From Camelus dromedarius (lineage: Eukaryota), in the NCBI RefSeq assembly GCF_036321535.1, contig NC_087436.1:114268001-114332000 (forward strand): a stretch of 64,000 nucleotides of DNA, read 5' to 3'. Within the stretch, counting starts at the first letter, position 1. Each line of letters starts with the position of its first letter. Shown piece after piece: positions 12,351 through 25,315 of the stretch. The position numbers and the translations under genes are program-made. The notes under the pieces are model-generated. The model was given only the letters and a program-made list of their open reading frames with translations. It was not told the DNA's origin and ran no database searches.

Positions 12351-13212
12351 TTTTATTATTTTTTATTTAAGTATAGTCAGTTTACAATGTTGTGTCAATT
12401 TCCAGGGTACAGCATAATGCTTCAGTCATACATATATTCCTTTTCATATTCTTTTTCATCATAGGTTTCTACAAGATATTGAATATAGTTCCCTGTGCTA
12501 TGCAATAGGTCCTTGTTGTTTATCTATTTTATATATAGTAGTTAGTATCTGCAAATCTTCAACTGCCAGTGTATCCCTTCCTACTCCCTTTCCACCCTGG
12601 TAACCATAAGTTTGTTTTCTGTGTCTGTGTCTGTTCCTGTTTTGTGAATAAGTTCATTTTTCTCTTTTTTTTTAGATTCCACATATGAGTGATATCATAT
12701 GGTATTTTTCTTTCTCTTTATGGCTTACTCCACTTAAAATGATGATACCCAGTTCCATCCATGTCACTGCAAATGGCATTATTTTATTCTTTTTTATGGC
12801 TGAGTAATATTCCATTGTATAAATATACCACAACTTCTTTATCCAGTCATCTGTCAATGGACATTTAGGTTGCTTCCATGCCTTGGCTATTGTAAATAGC
12901 ACTGCTATGGACATTAGTGTGCATATATCTTTTTGAATTAGAGTTTCCTTCAGGTATATGCCCAGGAGTGGGATTACTGGATCATATGGTAAGCCTATTT
13001 TTAGTTTTTTGAGGAATTTCCATACTATTTTCCATAATGGCTGCACCAAACTACTTTCCTACCAACACTGTAGGAGGGTTTCCTTCTCTCCACACCCTCT
13101 CCAGCATTTATTGTTTGTGAATTTTTTAATGATAGGCATTCTGACTGGTGTGAGGCGATACCCCACTGTAGTTTTGATTTGCATTTCTCTGATAATTAGT
13201 GATACTGAGCAT
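12351..13212 (-). mobile_element. Inner camelid-type L1, 5'-truncated
   Basis: ORF 12672-13049 ([30 protein letters not shown]...YHMISLICGI) is the L1 ORF2 C-terminus; has its own T-rich tail. Confidence 0.93.
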
Positions 13213-15479
13213 TTTATATATAATAGTTAATATTGGCAAATCCCAAACTCCCAATTTATCCCATATATCTTCTTTTTCCCCTAGAAACTGTATGCCTGTG
13301 TCTGACCTTATCTTAACATGATTACATCTGCGAAGACCCTATTTCCAAATAAGGTCACAGTTACAGATATTGGGAGCTAGGGCTTCAACACATCCTTTTG
13401 ACATAATTCAGCCCATAATAGGTAGAAGGTGCTGACTTTTCAAAGCCTGAAGCAGTTCAGCTCCAAGCGGAAGCCACACCAGCCAAAGCCCCCAATAAGA
13501 GTGGCTGGAAAGCACTCGGTACGACGGGAGCCAGCTGCGGCGTGGGAGCAGCGCCAGTGCCACGGGTTCTGTGGTCCTGACACTGCAGCCGTCTGGCCCA
13601 AGGGGAGGCCACCAGTCCTTCACCATTCTCTCTGCTCTGGCTGCTCATCCAGAAAATAAAAAGTGACAGTAAGCCTTTGCATTTTCCCAGGGCCTTGCAG
13701 TGACTGAGCGCCTCCTCGTGCAACGTCAAATGTAAGCTGCCCACTAATCCGTGAAGGGGCCAGACCAGGACCATCACCCCGTTTCACAAAGCTCAGTTTC
13801 CTCATCTGTCAGGAGTTACTGTAGTATTAATCCTCACTTGCTAGGCTGGGACCCTGTCAAATAACGTACTGGAAGAAGAGGGCAATTCCAAATGGTGAAG
13901 AAAGTAGAAGATGCAAAAATGAGGTGAATCTATGCAACAAGACGGGAATATACAGCATATGGGCACCTGTGGTGTCAGAGAGAGCAGGCAGGTAGAAGTC
14001 TGAAGTAGCGGACATTCAATAAATCTTTTGTAAGTCAGTGAACAACCTGTCACAATGTCACGTCTCTCCTTCCAGATTCACAGTTTCCTTTAATATTTGG
14101 ATGAAGTGACTCACATCCCCAGCCCACATGTTTCTGGAGGAAACACAGCCCCTCCTGAACACGTCTGTGGACTGGACTACTGGACTGGGGAGAAGGAATT
14201 CCTGATGTGTGTGGCCTCCTGGTTGTGGCTTCTCACCTCCCATTCCAAGTGCCTCCAGCCTTGTGGCCATCCCATGTCTGCTCCTGCTGGCCAACTGCTG
14301 TTCTCTCTCTGTATGTCTTCACCTCCAGCATGGACACAACCTTTTCCTCTCAATGTCCCAAAGCACTCAAGCACAGTGCTGCTCTGTGAAACAGATTTTC
14401 CTGAAAGCTTCAGGAATTACAGCATGAGATAGGAAAGAAATATTCTCTCAGTCATCACTGCTTCTAAAGTTCATCAGTCAAGCCCTCGCAGGCCATCTCT
14501 TTCCTGGGTATACACCTCCTGCCCTGTTACTTGGACCTGCATTCTCCCAACAAATCATCTCTCCCATCACCTGCCCCTACTACCCAGTAACCAGGAGACA
14601 ACCACCATCCTGTTCACTGACTCCCACCCTCCAAGTCTCTAAGATCCCAAAGAAGAACTTGAAAACCCTATTACTGCACTATACGGGACAGTTTTAGATC
14701 CCTTGACCATCTCTCCACTCTCCATTCTAAAGTAGGCTCAGGGGTCTTATCTTTTACAGACAAAGGACTCACTGAATAATAATAAAGAAAAGCACAAATT
14801 CTGCCACTTTCCCCAAACTCCAGAAGGTAGAAACGACTGCAGCCTGATTTTGTATGGAAAGTCTTCCTTCACACTACAGAGAGTAGATTCTTAATACATA
14901 CCAGTTTCTCGTGCACAGATTGGGACACTAAGGATAGAGAGGTTGGTTGATTTGCCAAAGAGCCGTCAATTGAACCAATGTGAAGTATCAGCCTACCTAG
15001 GGCAAAGCTCAGGTGAGTGGCCCACCTAGATTAGAGCCCTAGTCTGATGACTCAGCAGCACTCCAGCTGGGTGTGCCTAAAAATGCTTAAAGAGCTCTTC
15101 TCAACTCAACAAAGTGCTCTTACCATTTTGGAGAAAATGCTATGCCGAGTAAATATCGCATCCCAGTTTCAAGATGTTCATTTAGATGACAAACTCCTGC
15201 CTTAGTCTCCTACATCACGCTTTATCCTTCTTTGAGCTGTCTTTGAGATGACCTTACCGCTCATCACTGCATAATGTATTCGTCAGAATTCCTAGATGCC
15301 AGCAACAGAAACAGACACTGACTGCTTTAGACAGAAAACGAATGTATGAAAGGATATTGACAACTAACAGAATTTTTGAGAGCACTGGAGAACCAGGCTT
15401 GGAGCTACATATCCAAAAATAGGCTCTTAAAGAAACCTGGAGTTACTTGATCAAATAGGGTGCAGGGTGGAACTAAAGG

Positions 15480-15960
15480 GAGAAGGAACAATACCAGAAA
15501 CTTAAGGACCTGGTGTGACAGTGCAGGTAAGAGATGACGAGGGTCTGAACTAGAGCAGGTGTTACTGAGGAACAGTAAATGGACAGACTCAGGAAATTTA
15601 GAAGGACACTGGTAATACCTGCAGACTACTAGGATAGGGGGGAAGAAGTAGACACTCCCCAGACCGCTCCCTAGTTGCTATTTGGGTAATGAGGTTGGTA
15701 GCAGTGGCTCTGACAATAGCGGAAAATGCAGTTGGGGAGGTGGGTATGGGGATGGATGGCAGAGGGGGTGAGATGAGAGCAGCCTGGGACATGCTGAGGG
15801 AGAGAGAACCGTGGTACACCTCAGTGAGTACGTCCATCAGCAGATGGACTGAAGAGGTTGGAAAGATCACACAGAATGGGTGACTAAGAGCTTGCTGATG
15901 TTTGAAGTCAGTGGAATACATGAGATTGCCTAAGGAGAGATTGCAGAGGATAAAAATGGA
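15480..15960 (-). mobile_element. L2 fragment
   Basis: caggtaagagatgacgagggtctgaactag...gatgagagcagcctgggacatgctgag...gagattgcctaaggagag, typical reverse L2. Confidence 0.65.
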
Positions 15961-17052
15961 TCAGCACCAGAACTGGGGTGGCCAACTCATCCCACTGTGC
16001 TTGGGATTTTCTGGGTTTTAGAACCAAAAGTCCCACATTACAGAAAACTCTTCAGTCCCAGGCAAGTTAAAACTCACTATGTAGGTACAGGAAAAGAAGT
16101 AACAGATAAAGGAGATGATTTTACCAGGATCATTTCACTGGTTGGTTGCAAAACCATGGCTGGAACCCAGATTTCCTAAGTTCCAGGCACTTTCTTCATC
16201 CTCTGCTGGACAAAAGATAAATTGAATTAAATGAATAGGTAGACAAAATACTAGAGTCCAAATCTTGGATTCCTGACTCACTAGGTATATGACTTCATGT
16301 AAATCAGTTGCTCTCTCTGAGCCTTACTTCCCTTACCTAAAAAACATACATAAACTCCCTAATTCCAGAAAGAAATGTAAATCAAATAAAAACATAGAGG
16401 TGATGAAAAATGGAGGGTCTGCCAGCAAGCTGGCAAGACAGGGAAGGAACCATGAACAAATGGACCTCTCCCTGACTTTGGAATCCAACCCCAGAGATGC
16501 TGGATCTCTCATGGCCCAGCCTCTGTATTGGTTTGAAAAGTTTAACCGTCACTAAAGTGCCCTCACCACTCCTTTAAAAAATATGATCCCACTACTAAAA
16601 CTGTCGGGAGTAAAATATATTTCCCCCTGAAAATGCTAGTGGATTTATCACAACTGGGCCATTCATCTATTAAAAAGCAGAATGGCATTTATTGCCAATT
16701 GCTCCCTTTATGGGAGAGAAGAAACAGGGAGCCTAATAAGCTTGGTTAATTTTTTTCTTTTATGGCTCCAACAACTGCACTAAATATTCCGTCTGCTTTT
16801 CTTATGCAGTTTGGAGACAGCTGTGAACTTCGGAAGTGTTATGAGGAAGATTCCAGCAGAACCATGAGCTGCTGCCGCAGGAGGAGGCGCTGGGTAGAAA
16901 AGAGGCTCTGTGAACTGTCCCCAGGAGGTGTCCCTGCTGGGGCTTTACACAGTCACCCATCAGTTCACAGCATCCAGGATGTAGCCTAAAATCCATCAGT
17001 CAGGAGGTAAGCTATCTGTAATGACCAGGCTGAGATGATTTTGAAATACACT

Positions 17053-17881
17053 AGTCAGAATGGCCAACACTCAAAAGTCCACAAATGACAAATGCTGGAG
17101 AGGCTGTGGAGAAAGGGAATCCTCCTACACTGCTGGTGGGAATGCAGTTTGGTGCAGCCACTGTGGAAAACAGTATGAAGATTCCTCAAAAGACTAGAAA
17201 TAGACTTAAACATATGACCCAGTAATCCCACTCCTGGGCATATATCCAGAAGGAACCCTACTTCACAAAGACACCTGCACCCCAATGTTCATATCAGCAC
17301 TATTTACAATAGCCAAGACATGGAAACAGCTTAAATGTCCATCAACAGATGACTGGATAAAGAAGATTTGGTATATATACACACATCATTGTATATATAC
17401 AGTGGAATACTATTCAGCCATAAAAATGACAATGTAACACCATTTGCAGCAACATGAATGTCCCTAGAGAATGTCATTCTAAGTGAAGTAAGCCATAAAG
17501 AGAAAGAAAAATACCATATGAGCTTGCTCATATGTGGAATCTAAAAAACAAAAACAAAAACAAAAACATAAATACAAAACAGAACAGACTCATAGACATA
17601 GAATAAAAACTTGTGGTTGCCAAGGGGAGAGGGATGGGAAGGAACAGACTGAGAGTTCAAAATTTGTAGATATTGATATGCATATGTAGAATAGATAAAC
17701 AAGATCATACTGCATAGCACAAGGAAATATATACAAGATCTTGTGGTAGCTCACAGTGAAAAAGAACATGACAATGAATATGTGTATGTTCATGTATAAC
17801 TGAAAAATTGTGCTCTGCACTGGAAATTGACACAACATCCTAAACTGACTATAACTCAATAAAAAATATTTTAAAAAAAAA
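17053..17881 (+). mobile_element. Young camelid-type L1, 5'-truncated, with TSD
   Basis: Perfect 10-bp TSD GAAATACACT (17043-17052, 17882-17891); ORF2 end; UTR gtagctcacagtgaaaaagaac...aactgactataactcaataaa; A tail. Confidence 0.96.
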
Positions 17882-18213
17882 GAAATACACTGGGTTTTTA
17901 AGTCACACAGAGAAGCAGAGTAGGTTTTTGAAGGGAAGGGCTATCTACAGAGTTAGAGTCAAGTCTGAGCCCTGACACTGTTTAACTGTGTGAACTTGGT
18001 CAACATCTGGTGATATCCAAGAAGCCTATTTTAAGTGCTCACTCTCCGCCATCCCACAACCGTCACATATCTACTGTGATGCTCCTGCTGACTTCATTCA
18101 TCCAACTTAAGGAGCTATATAGATCACACACTACTTTCTCTGAAGTGCAACACTGTACAAACACAAAGGTCTGGTTTTCCAATCCCAGCTCTACCATTTA
18201 ACCAACCTTCCAG

Positions 18214-18391
18214 GCCAGCACTACCCAAAAGAACTTCCTGGATAATGGGAATATACTAATATGCACTGTCCAGTATGGTAGCCACCAGCCATATGTGACT
18301 GATGAGTGCTTGAAATGTGGCTGGAGAGACTGGGAAACTGAATTTTAAAGTTTATTTAATTTTAATTAATATAAACGTAAATCTAAATAGC
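18214..18391. mobile_element. MER3-like hAT-Charlie MITE inserted in a MIR
   Basis: gcactgtccagtatggtagccaccagccatatgtgact...tgaaatgtggct...aactgaattttaaagtttatttaattttaattaat; MIR halves on both sides. Confidence 0.8.
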
Positions 18392-19758
18392 TGCAGCTCA
18401 GATCTAGCCTTTTTGAGCCCCAGCTCCTGCATCTGTAAAATGACATCCATAAAGTCCATTCTAAGCAAGGTTGCTTTGAGGATCGTAAGTTATAATGCAT
18501 GGAAATCCCCAAAAACTGCCCAGCATGGAGGCAAGGCTTGGTAAGGCAAGAGAGTGGGACCCCTCATGGATCTGTCTTCATTCAGCCCTGGAATCAGTGC
18601 TTCCAGTCTTGACGTTAACTAGGGGTGTCAGATAGCATAAAGATTCCAACCAGCAGTTGTTCTAAGGCCACAGGAAAGCAATCTATCTTTTAGCGAATTT
18701 TTCCATTGGTGGCCAACACTGTTCTGCATGAGGAAATCTATTAACTGCTTCATGTGAGTGATTATTTACAGGAAGCTTGGAAATGCTGACTTTAGCTAAA
18801 GAAAATGCCCCTTTGTGGGTTTCACGGCCGATTAAAGCTGCAGAATTTCATTGAGGAGATTTACAGATAAAGGTTACTAACTAACTACACAAGTGCATCT
18901 TTAAACATACTCTTACAAACTGGAGGTCCTGTTCAAGGTGTAGGCTTCCTCCAGTGGGCAGAGGAGAGCTCTTTTCATACAGTCCTGAATAAAAACAAAA
19001 CCGTAATGTTCCACGGTTGTCAGCCATGGGCAGCATTTCACCTTCGGCTTCAGAAGAACCTTAACAATCATCTCATCCCAGCCCCCTTTAAATGCTTAAA
19101 TCTTCCAAATGCATGAGCTTCACCTTGAAGAGCTCCTGTGGTGGAGGTCTCCCTGTGTCCTAAGGCAATCACGGCATTGTTAGACATACATATGACACTG
19201 TTAACAAGGGCTTCCCGTGGTGAACCAAAACCCAGAGAAGGAACGTTGTGCCTTAGAAGAGTCTTGGGCTCTGCCATCTTCAACTCTTTAAGCCTCAGAA
19301 TTTCCAGACATGAAAGGGGGACATTAAAACAGGAGAGTAGGGTTGTTGGGAAGAAGCTAGATAGACGTGCATTGTGGTGTGTGCCCTTCCGCCTCCTCCC
19401 ACTGGCTCTCCAGCTATAGAAGAAAGCTGAAGGTTGTTAACTTTTCACCGTGCCTGTACTCACAGGAGTAACAGCAGTATCAGTAAAAGTTGTTGCACGA
19501 CTACTGTCATGACATTATTTTTACTAATATTCCTAGTTCCTTTTCCACCTACTTGAAAAGGTACGGATATATGCCACCTCCTCTCACTCGGCTCAGCTAC
19601 ATTATTTCCTTCGGAATCTCTTATGTGCTACAGTTTCAAGGGCCTCGTGGTCTTAATAATTCAGCAGGCACGGATGGATGTGCTGGTGACTGGCTGACGC
19701 CAAGAACTGCAGCATGAGTGACACCTAGAACTCGTCCTTCACTCCATCCTCACTTCTG

Positions 19759-19798
19759 TGATGATGATGATGGTGGTGGTGGTGGTGGTGGTGGTGAT
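19759..19798. repeat. (GAT)n(GGT)n microsatellite
   Basis: Directly visible. Confidence 0.95.
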
Positions 19799-20384
19799 TG
19801 TATTATGAGGAATAGGGAGAGTATTGATTTTTGAGGATGACCATGAGTCAGGTACTATGTGACGTACTTGGCATAGGTAATTGCATTTCATCTTCACAAA
19901 AATCTACAGATAAGGAAATGGAGCCATACAGGTTAAGTAACTTCCCCAAGAGTATATAGGTGAAGCTAGAAATTATTTGGGACAAACCAGATTAATTAAG
20001 CTCTCTGCTCCTTCCTATTGCACAGGAGAGAGATGTTAACAGTACAAGCTCTGAAGCCAGCCAGGAGGGGCTCCCATCCCAAAAGCAGAGAGACTGGCAA
20101 GAGATGACTGCATGGTAATCTCAGTGAGAGACAAAGTGACCTTGACCTGAAAGTTGAGAAAGAGCGAATCAGATGGATGGAAATACTTTGGAACGTCTAA
20201 GATTCACAGAACTTGAGGCTTGATGGATGAAGATGGTGGACCCTTCTCTTAGGGTGGGAATAGTGGATGGATAGCAAGGCCAGTGTCCATTGGGGTAACA
20301 GTAAGATCCCTACAAATTTGCCAAATGCAGGAGAAGGAAGCTACTGGACAAGAAAACTCAAATGCTTTTAAAAAGAAAGGAGAC

Positions 20385-21140
20385 AAAACTAAGCATACTC
20401 TTACCATACGATCCAGCAATCACGCTCTTTGACATTTACCCAAAAGAGCTGAAGACATATGTTCACACAAAAACTTGCACACAGAGCTTTATAGCAACTT
20501 AATTCATAATTACCAAAACTTGGAAGCAACCAAGACGTCCGTTAGTAAGTGAATGGATAAATAAACTGTGATACATTCATATTATTATGGAGTATTATTC
20601 AGTGCTAAAAAGAAATGAGCTATAAAAACATAAAAAAGACATAGAGGAATCTTAAATGCCTATCACTAAGTGAATCTTAAATGTATATTACTGAAAAAGG
20701 TACATATTTATGATTCCAACTATATGGTACTCTGGAAAAGGCAAAACCATAGAGAAAATTAAAAGATCAGTGGTTGCAGGAGGCAAGGGGGGAAGGAGAG
20801 AAGGGAAAATGAATAGGCAGAACATAGCGCACTTTTAGGAAAGTGAAAATGTTATGCATGATATTATAATGATGGATATGTCATTATATATTTGTCCAAA
20901 CCCATAGAATGTATGGCACCAAGAATGAACCTTAAGGTAGATTATGAACTTTGGGTTATTATGATGTGTCAATGTAGGTTCATCTTGGTTAAAAAAAAAA
21001 AAAAGAAGCACCAAGCTGGTGAGTGATGTTGACAACAGGGAAGCTATGCTTGTGTGAGGGCAGCGGGTATATGGGAAATCTCTGTACCTTCCTCTCAGTT
21101 TTGTGGTAAATCTAAAAGTGCTCCCAAAAAATTGTCTCTA
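20385..21140 (+). mobile_element. L1MC1-like 3' end
   Basis: ttaccatacgatccagcaatc...tgtccaaacccatagaatgta...gggtatatgggaaatctctgtaccttcctctcagttttg. Confidence 0.88.
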
Positions 21141-21489
21141 ACTTGTTTTTAAAAAGGACAATCAGTTTCATGAAAATAAATTTGACCATTGGGATAATCA
21201 GAATGAGTAGCGTGGAGAACATTCTTCCCTGAAGCCTGGTCCCCAAGCTCCAACACCTTGAGCTATTTTTCACTTGTTCACCTTCCCTCTGCCCTTTGAA
21301 AATGCTCATCTCCCGGGGAAAGTTGCAACCTCGTCTAGTGTTCCAGAGACCTCCTTTTTTGACTCCTGAATCCGGTCCTGTCCTCTGCTCCGTTCTACTT
21401 CAGACCTTCGTGTCTGGTTTGGATTTACTGAAACCATGGGTAGGTACATGCTGTGTGTGAGTATGTTCCAAACTTCTTAACCGGACAGA

Positions 21490-21700
21490 TGCACTTAACA
21501 TCTATTGAGTGCCTACTATGAGTCAGTCACTGCTCTAGCATTTTACATTTATTAACTTAAATTTACTCCTTGCCTGACCCTGTGAGATGGATGCTATTAT
21601 CATCCGCATTTTACAGATGGGGAAACAGATCAAGCAACTTGCTATGTAGTAAATAGTTAAGTCAGAATTTGAACACCAGCAGCCTGGTGCCAGACCCCGT
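21490..21700 (-). mobile_element. MIR SINE
   Basis: tattgagtgcctactatg...attttacagatggggaaacag...gaatttgaacacc. Confidence 0.8.
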
Positions 21701-22834
21701 GATTTATTTCAGTCCATCAAATCTTTATTAAACTCCAAGCATGTGCCTTTCAATGTGTGAGGGACTACACCTTCCACTTTAAATAAACAAAGTATCAAGA
21801 ATAATAGAAAAGTAGAGTTCAAATCAACTGATCCAGGTCCCAAATCGGATAGGGAAATCAGTACCCAAGGAGGGACAATGGCTTATCTGAGATCACTTCA
21901 TTAACAAAGCCTGGATTCGAACCTTGGTCTCTCATTTCACCGCTCTTTCAATGAAACAATGCAGTACACGAAAGTACTTTGGAAAAAAAAAATATGCTCT
22001 ACAAGTTTATGATACATTTATTATTGTTAACATCCTTCCTCTCCCACCAGGCAAAACGTTTTTCACGCAATAGGTTGCCGACAGATATGTTTAGGCTATA
22101 AAAAGTGGACCTAGGAAAGTAATTTAAAATTCAAGGTCTTAGGTAAGAAAGACCTTTTTGGAAATATATATGAAAGGCATTTTTGCAGGGCCAACCTTTC
22201 ATTAGTACTTCAAATCATTAATCATGTTTTGCGCTTCAAGTCAACCCACTGCCTTTGCCTGTAAACTTCTAACAGATTGGAAACAGGTGACTGGCTTCTT
22301 GGGCTCTCCGTCAGTAGTGAAGCCCTCGGGGAAAATTGCAGTGAGTTAGCAACTCAGGTCCAGGCTAATGAGGTCCTGGACTGCCCATGAGACGGCACTG
22401 TGCACTAGGCTGACGTGTCATGGAAGCTCGTGGATCCCGTCAGGGAGGCAGGACAACCACTTTACAGAGCAGGAAATCAAGGCTCCCCAGGGGCTGTGCG
22501 CATGGTGACTGAACTAAGAATTGATGGAAGTAGAAACCACGACTCACATCGTACAACTCCAAAATTCTAGAGCATTAATCAGTTAATCTTCACCCTAAAG
22601 ATATAATTCCATTATAGCAGGGAATAATCAACAGCTAATTGATACTTAAGTCTATTGAGCAAATGTCTTCTGTCCAAAACTAGACTGTCTTGGGGTTTCG
22701 TAGGAGCTATTGCACGTGATTTCAGCCCCTCGGAGTGTCTATATCAACAATTAGCGTTAGAGATGTTTTGAAGAAATCTCTAAGGACCCTTTCAATCTTG
22801 CATGATTCCAGTTGATCCTAAAGCCACAGAGCAG

Positions 22835-23030
22835 GAGTGGATAACAGCATGGACCCAGGAGCCACATTTGGGGGGTTCAAATTCTGCCTACAATACGTGT
22901 TAGCTATAACACTTACTAGCCTGACCTTGGGCAAGTTACTAATTTCTTCTAAGCCTCTTTCCTCCCTCTGTAAAATGGGATATTCGTACCTATTCCATAG
23001 GGCTGTTGTAAGGATTAAATGAGTTCGAAC
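22835..23030 (+). mobile_element. MIR SINE
   Basis: acttactagcctgaccttgggcaagttact...tctgtaaaatggga...cataggg...aggattaaatgag. Confidence 0.85.
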
Positions 23031-24926
23031 CATAAAGTCCTATGTCATGACTAAGCTTGTAGTAAACAGTCTTTGAATATTCACGTGTCTCTGTAGACAG
23101 GCAAGGCAAGCCTGACAAAGTGGCAGTGTGCCCGGAGACAGGGAAAGTGCAGGCAACAGCAACGATGTGAGAGTCAGAAGCCGAAGCTCTATTGCTAGGG
23201 CGACGGGCCAGATGTTCTGCAAAAGCAGTCCTCGAGCTACCCTGCCAGTACTGGAAATGGACAATTCTACTCAAGCTGCTTGGCATAGGCACTTGTTTGG
23301 ATGTAATAATCTGTCTCTAATCTTGTGTGTAAATGAATACAGAGGTTAGTCAGTGGGTGCAATATTAATCTAAAATAAATGAATACATTTGAATTAATCA
23401 GATCTTCAGTCTATGTAAATTGATGATTTATAATGATATTAGCACAAATTGCAACGATAAATCATTTTAAAATTAGATTCAGGGCTCTTTAAAGCTGAAA
23501 GGACTCTGGAGGTTTGAACTTAACTTCAGACAACTTTAAAATGTGATTGGTCTGGCTATAGCTTGGTGGCAGAAGCAGGGCACGGGGAGACCAGGGGGCA
23601 ACATGAACCACATTTTATTAAGGGGTGAAGGTAACAGGACCTGCAAGGTCACAAAAGTAAGAAAAGAACAAGAGAAAGTCAATGAAACAGACATATTCTG
23701 AACTTCACAGTTCCTTTCCTGGTTTGGCACAGAAAACCTTAAGACTTTGATTCAACTCAACGCAACAAAGAGGAATTAAATTGAGACAGTCTGAAGAAGA
23801 GGAAAAGTTTCTGCTGGTTTCTCCACTTTTTGATGACCTTGAGTAAACTAACTTTGCTGAGGTTGGTAATTTCATCTAAAAAATGAATTTATCATCCCAA
23901 CTTTAAAGTATTATTATGAGAATTAAATAATATTGATGTAAAGTGAAATTCCCAGTTTATGCAGAACAGGGTAGCAATTAAAAGAATGGCATCAGACTGC
24001 TTGGGTACAAATCCTGGCATTGCCACTTCTAGCTGTGAGTCTTTGGGAAACTTATATATCTTTTCTGAGCCTATTGAATAAGGAATTTTAGGGCCAATCT
24101 CTTAGGATTGGTGTGGGAATTAAGTATAAACATGTAGGTCCTATAACCAAGGAGTCACTTGGCAAATGTTAGCTATCAAGATAAATAATTGTCATCGAGG
24201 TACCATGATTCCTGAGTAATGATACTGTGAAACTGGCTTAAGAAGAAAGAAAGAAGAGACAGAAGAACTGTGATGAATATATGGAAGAGGGAAGATGTGG
24301 CAAGAGAATCAAGAAGAGGAGAAAGAAAATAACTTTGCAGGGTAACAAATATAGGGCACCTAGAACCCACCCCCTTTCTCTAATTCAGGAAAGAATGCTA
24401 ACCACATACAGCATCTTCCCTGGACTTAATCTGATCATTTTTCTCATAGATACAAGATTAGAAAACTGCCTGCAGAAATAATTACCTGAAGGCAAGAAAT
24501 TGAGCAAGATAAAGAATAAGGGGTCAGGATTGCTCCGGGCTTCGTCTCCTGAGAATGGACCCTGTGTAAAAAGATGATGGTCTGTGATGAGCCTAAAGAT
24601 TAAGTAAGTAAACATGCCCTGGTGTCCAAGGCTGTGATTCTTACCTAACTGTTTAGACATAGGAGTATCAATGCCCTGGGATCCAATCAAAATTTCTGAA
24701 CCGTCTGGTGACAGCATCATTTTGGCATCTTGGAAGGAAATACCAAGATGGCTGTAGAACACAGCTCCATACCTATCACGGGTGAGAGAAGAGAATATTT
24801 AAAAGAATAACTGCAGCAAGAAATCATCGGCTACAAGTTTGCGATGCACAAGAAAATCTATGTGCACATGTATGGGAGGAGGTACCATTCTCCCAACAGC
24901 TTGGGATAAAGATGATGTAACCACTT

Positions 24927-25315
24927 CTTAGGGACTGAATTTGTGTCTCCCCAAAATTCATATTTTGAAGTCCCACTCCCAATATGATGGTATTTGGAGA
25001 CAGAGTCTTTGGGAAATAATGAGCTTTAGATGAGGTTATGAGGGTGGGAAACTCAAGATTGTATTAATGCTCTAAAAGAAGAAAAAATTGTAAGTGCTCT
25101 CATAAGAAGTATCTACCAGCATTTTCTCTCCACCATGTGAGGACACGGTGAGAAAGTGGCCATCTGCAAGCCACGAAGACCCTTGCCAGGAACTTAATCA
25201 GCCAACACCTTGCACTTGGACATCCCAGCCTCAAGAACTTTGAGAAATAAATGTCTGTTGTTGAAGTCACTTTGTCTGTGGAATTTTGTTACAGCAGCAT
25301 GAGCAGACTAATACA
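24927..25315 (+). mobile_element. MLT1A/MLT1A0-like MaLR LTR
   Basis: gactgaatttgtgtctccccaaaattcata...ccatgtgaggacacgg...gagaaataaatgtctgttg...gactaataca. Confidence 0.88.

Larger units (their letters stand above)
11849..13410 (-). mobile_element. MLT1C-like MaLR LTR split by nested L1s (LTR parts ~11849-12170 and ~13304-13410)
   Basis: tgtattagtttc...ggattagggcccaccctaatgac breaks off, then resumes as tgaccttatcttaac...ctatttccaaataaggtcaca...aattcagcccataata. Confidence 0.88.

Noticed and set aside
12672..13049. 125-aa ORF as a host gene (likewise ORFs at 8672, 8965 and 34544)
   Set aside because: These are L1 ORF2 C-terminal remnants in 5'-truncated copies.
13460..13600. CpG island or promoter
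   Set aside because: Only a short patch of CpGs, too small for an island and without other promoter features.
16762..16989. Protamine-like gene suggested by CCRRRRR
   Set aside because: Only one short arginine run, and the overall composition is not protamine-like. Kept only as an exon candidate.
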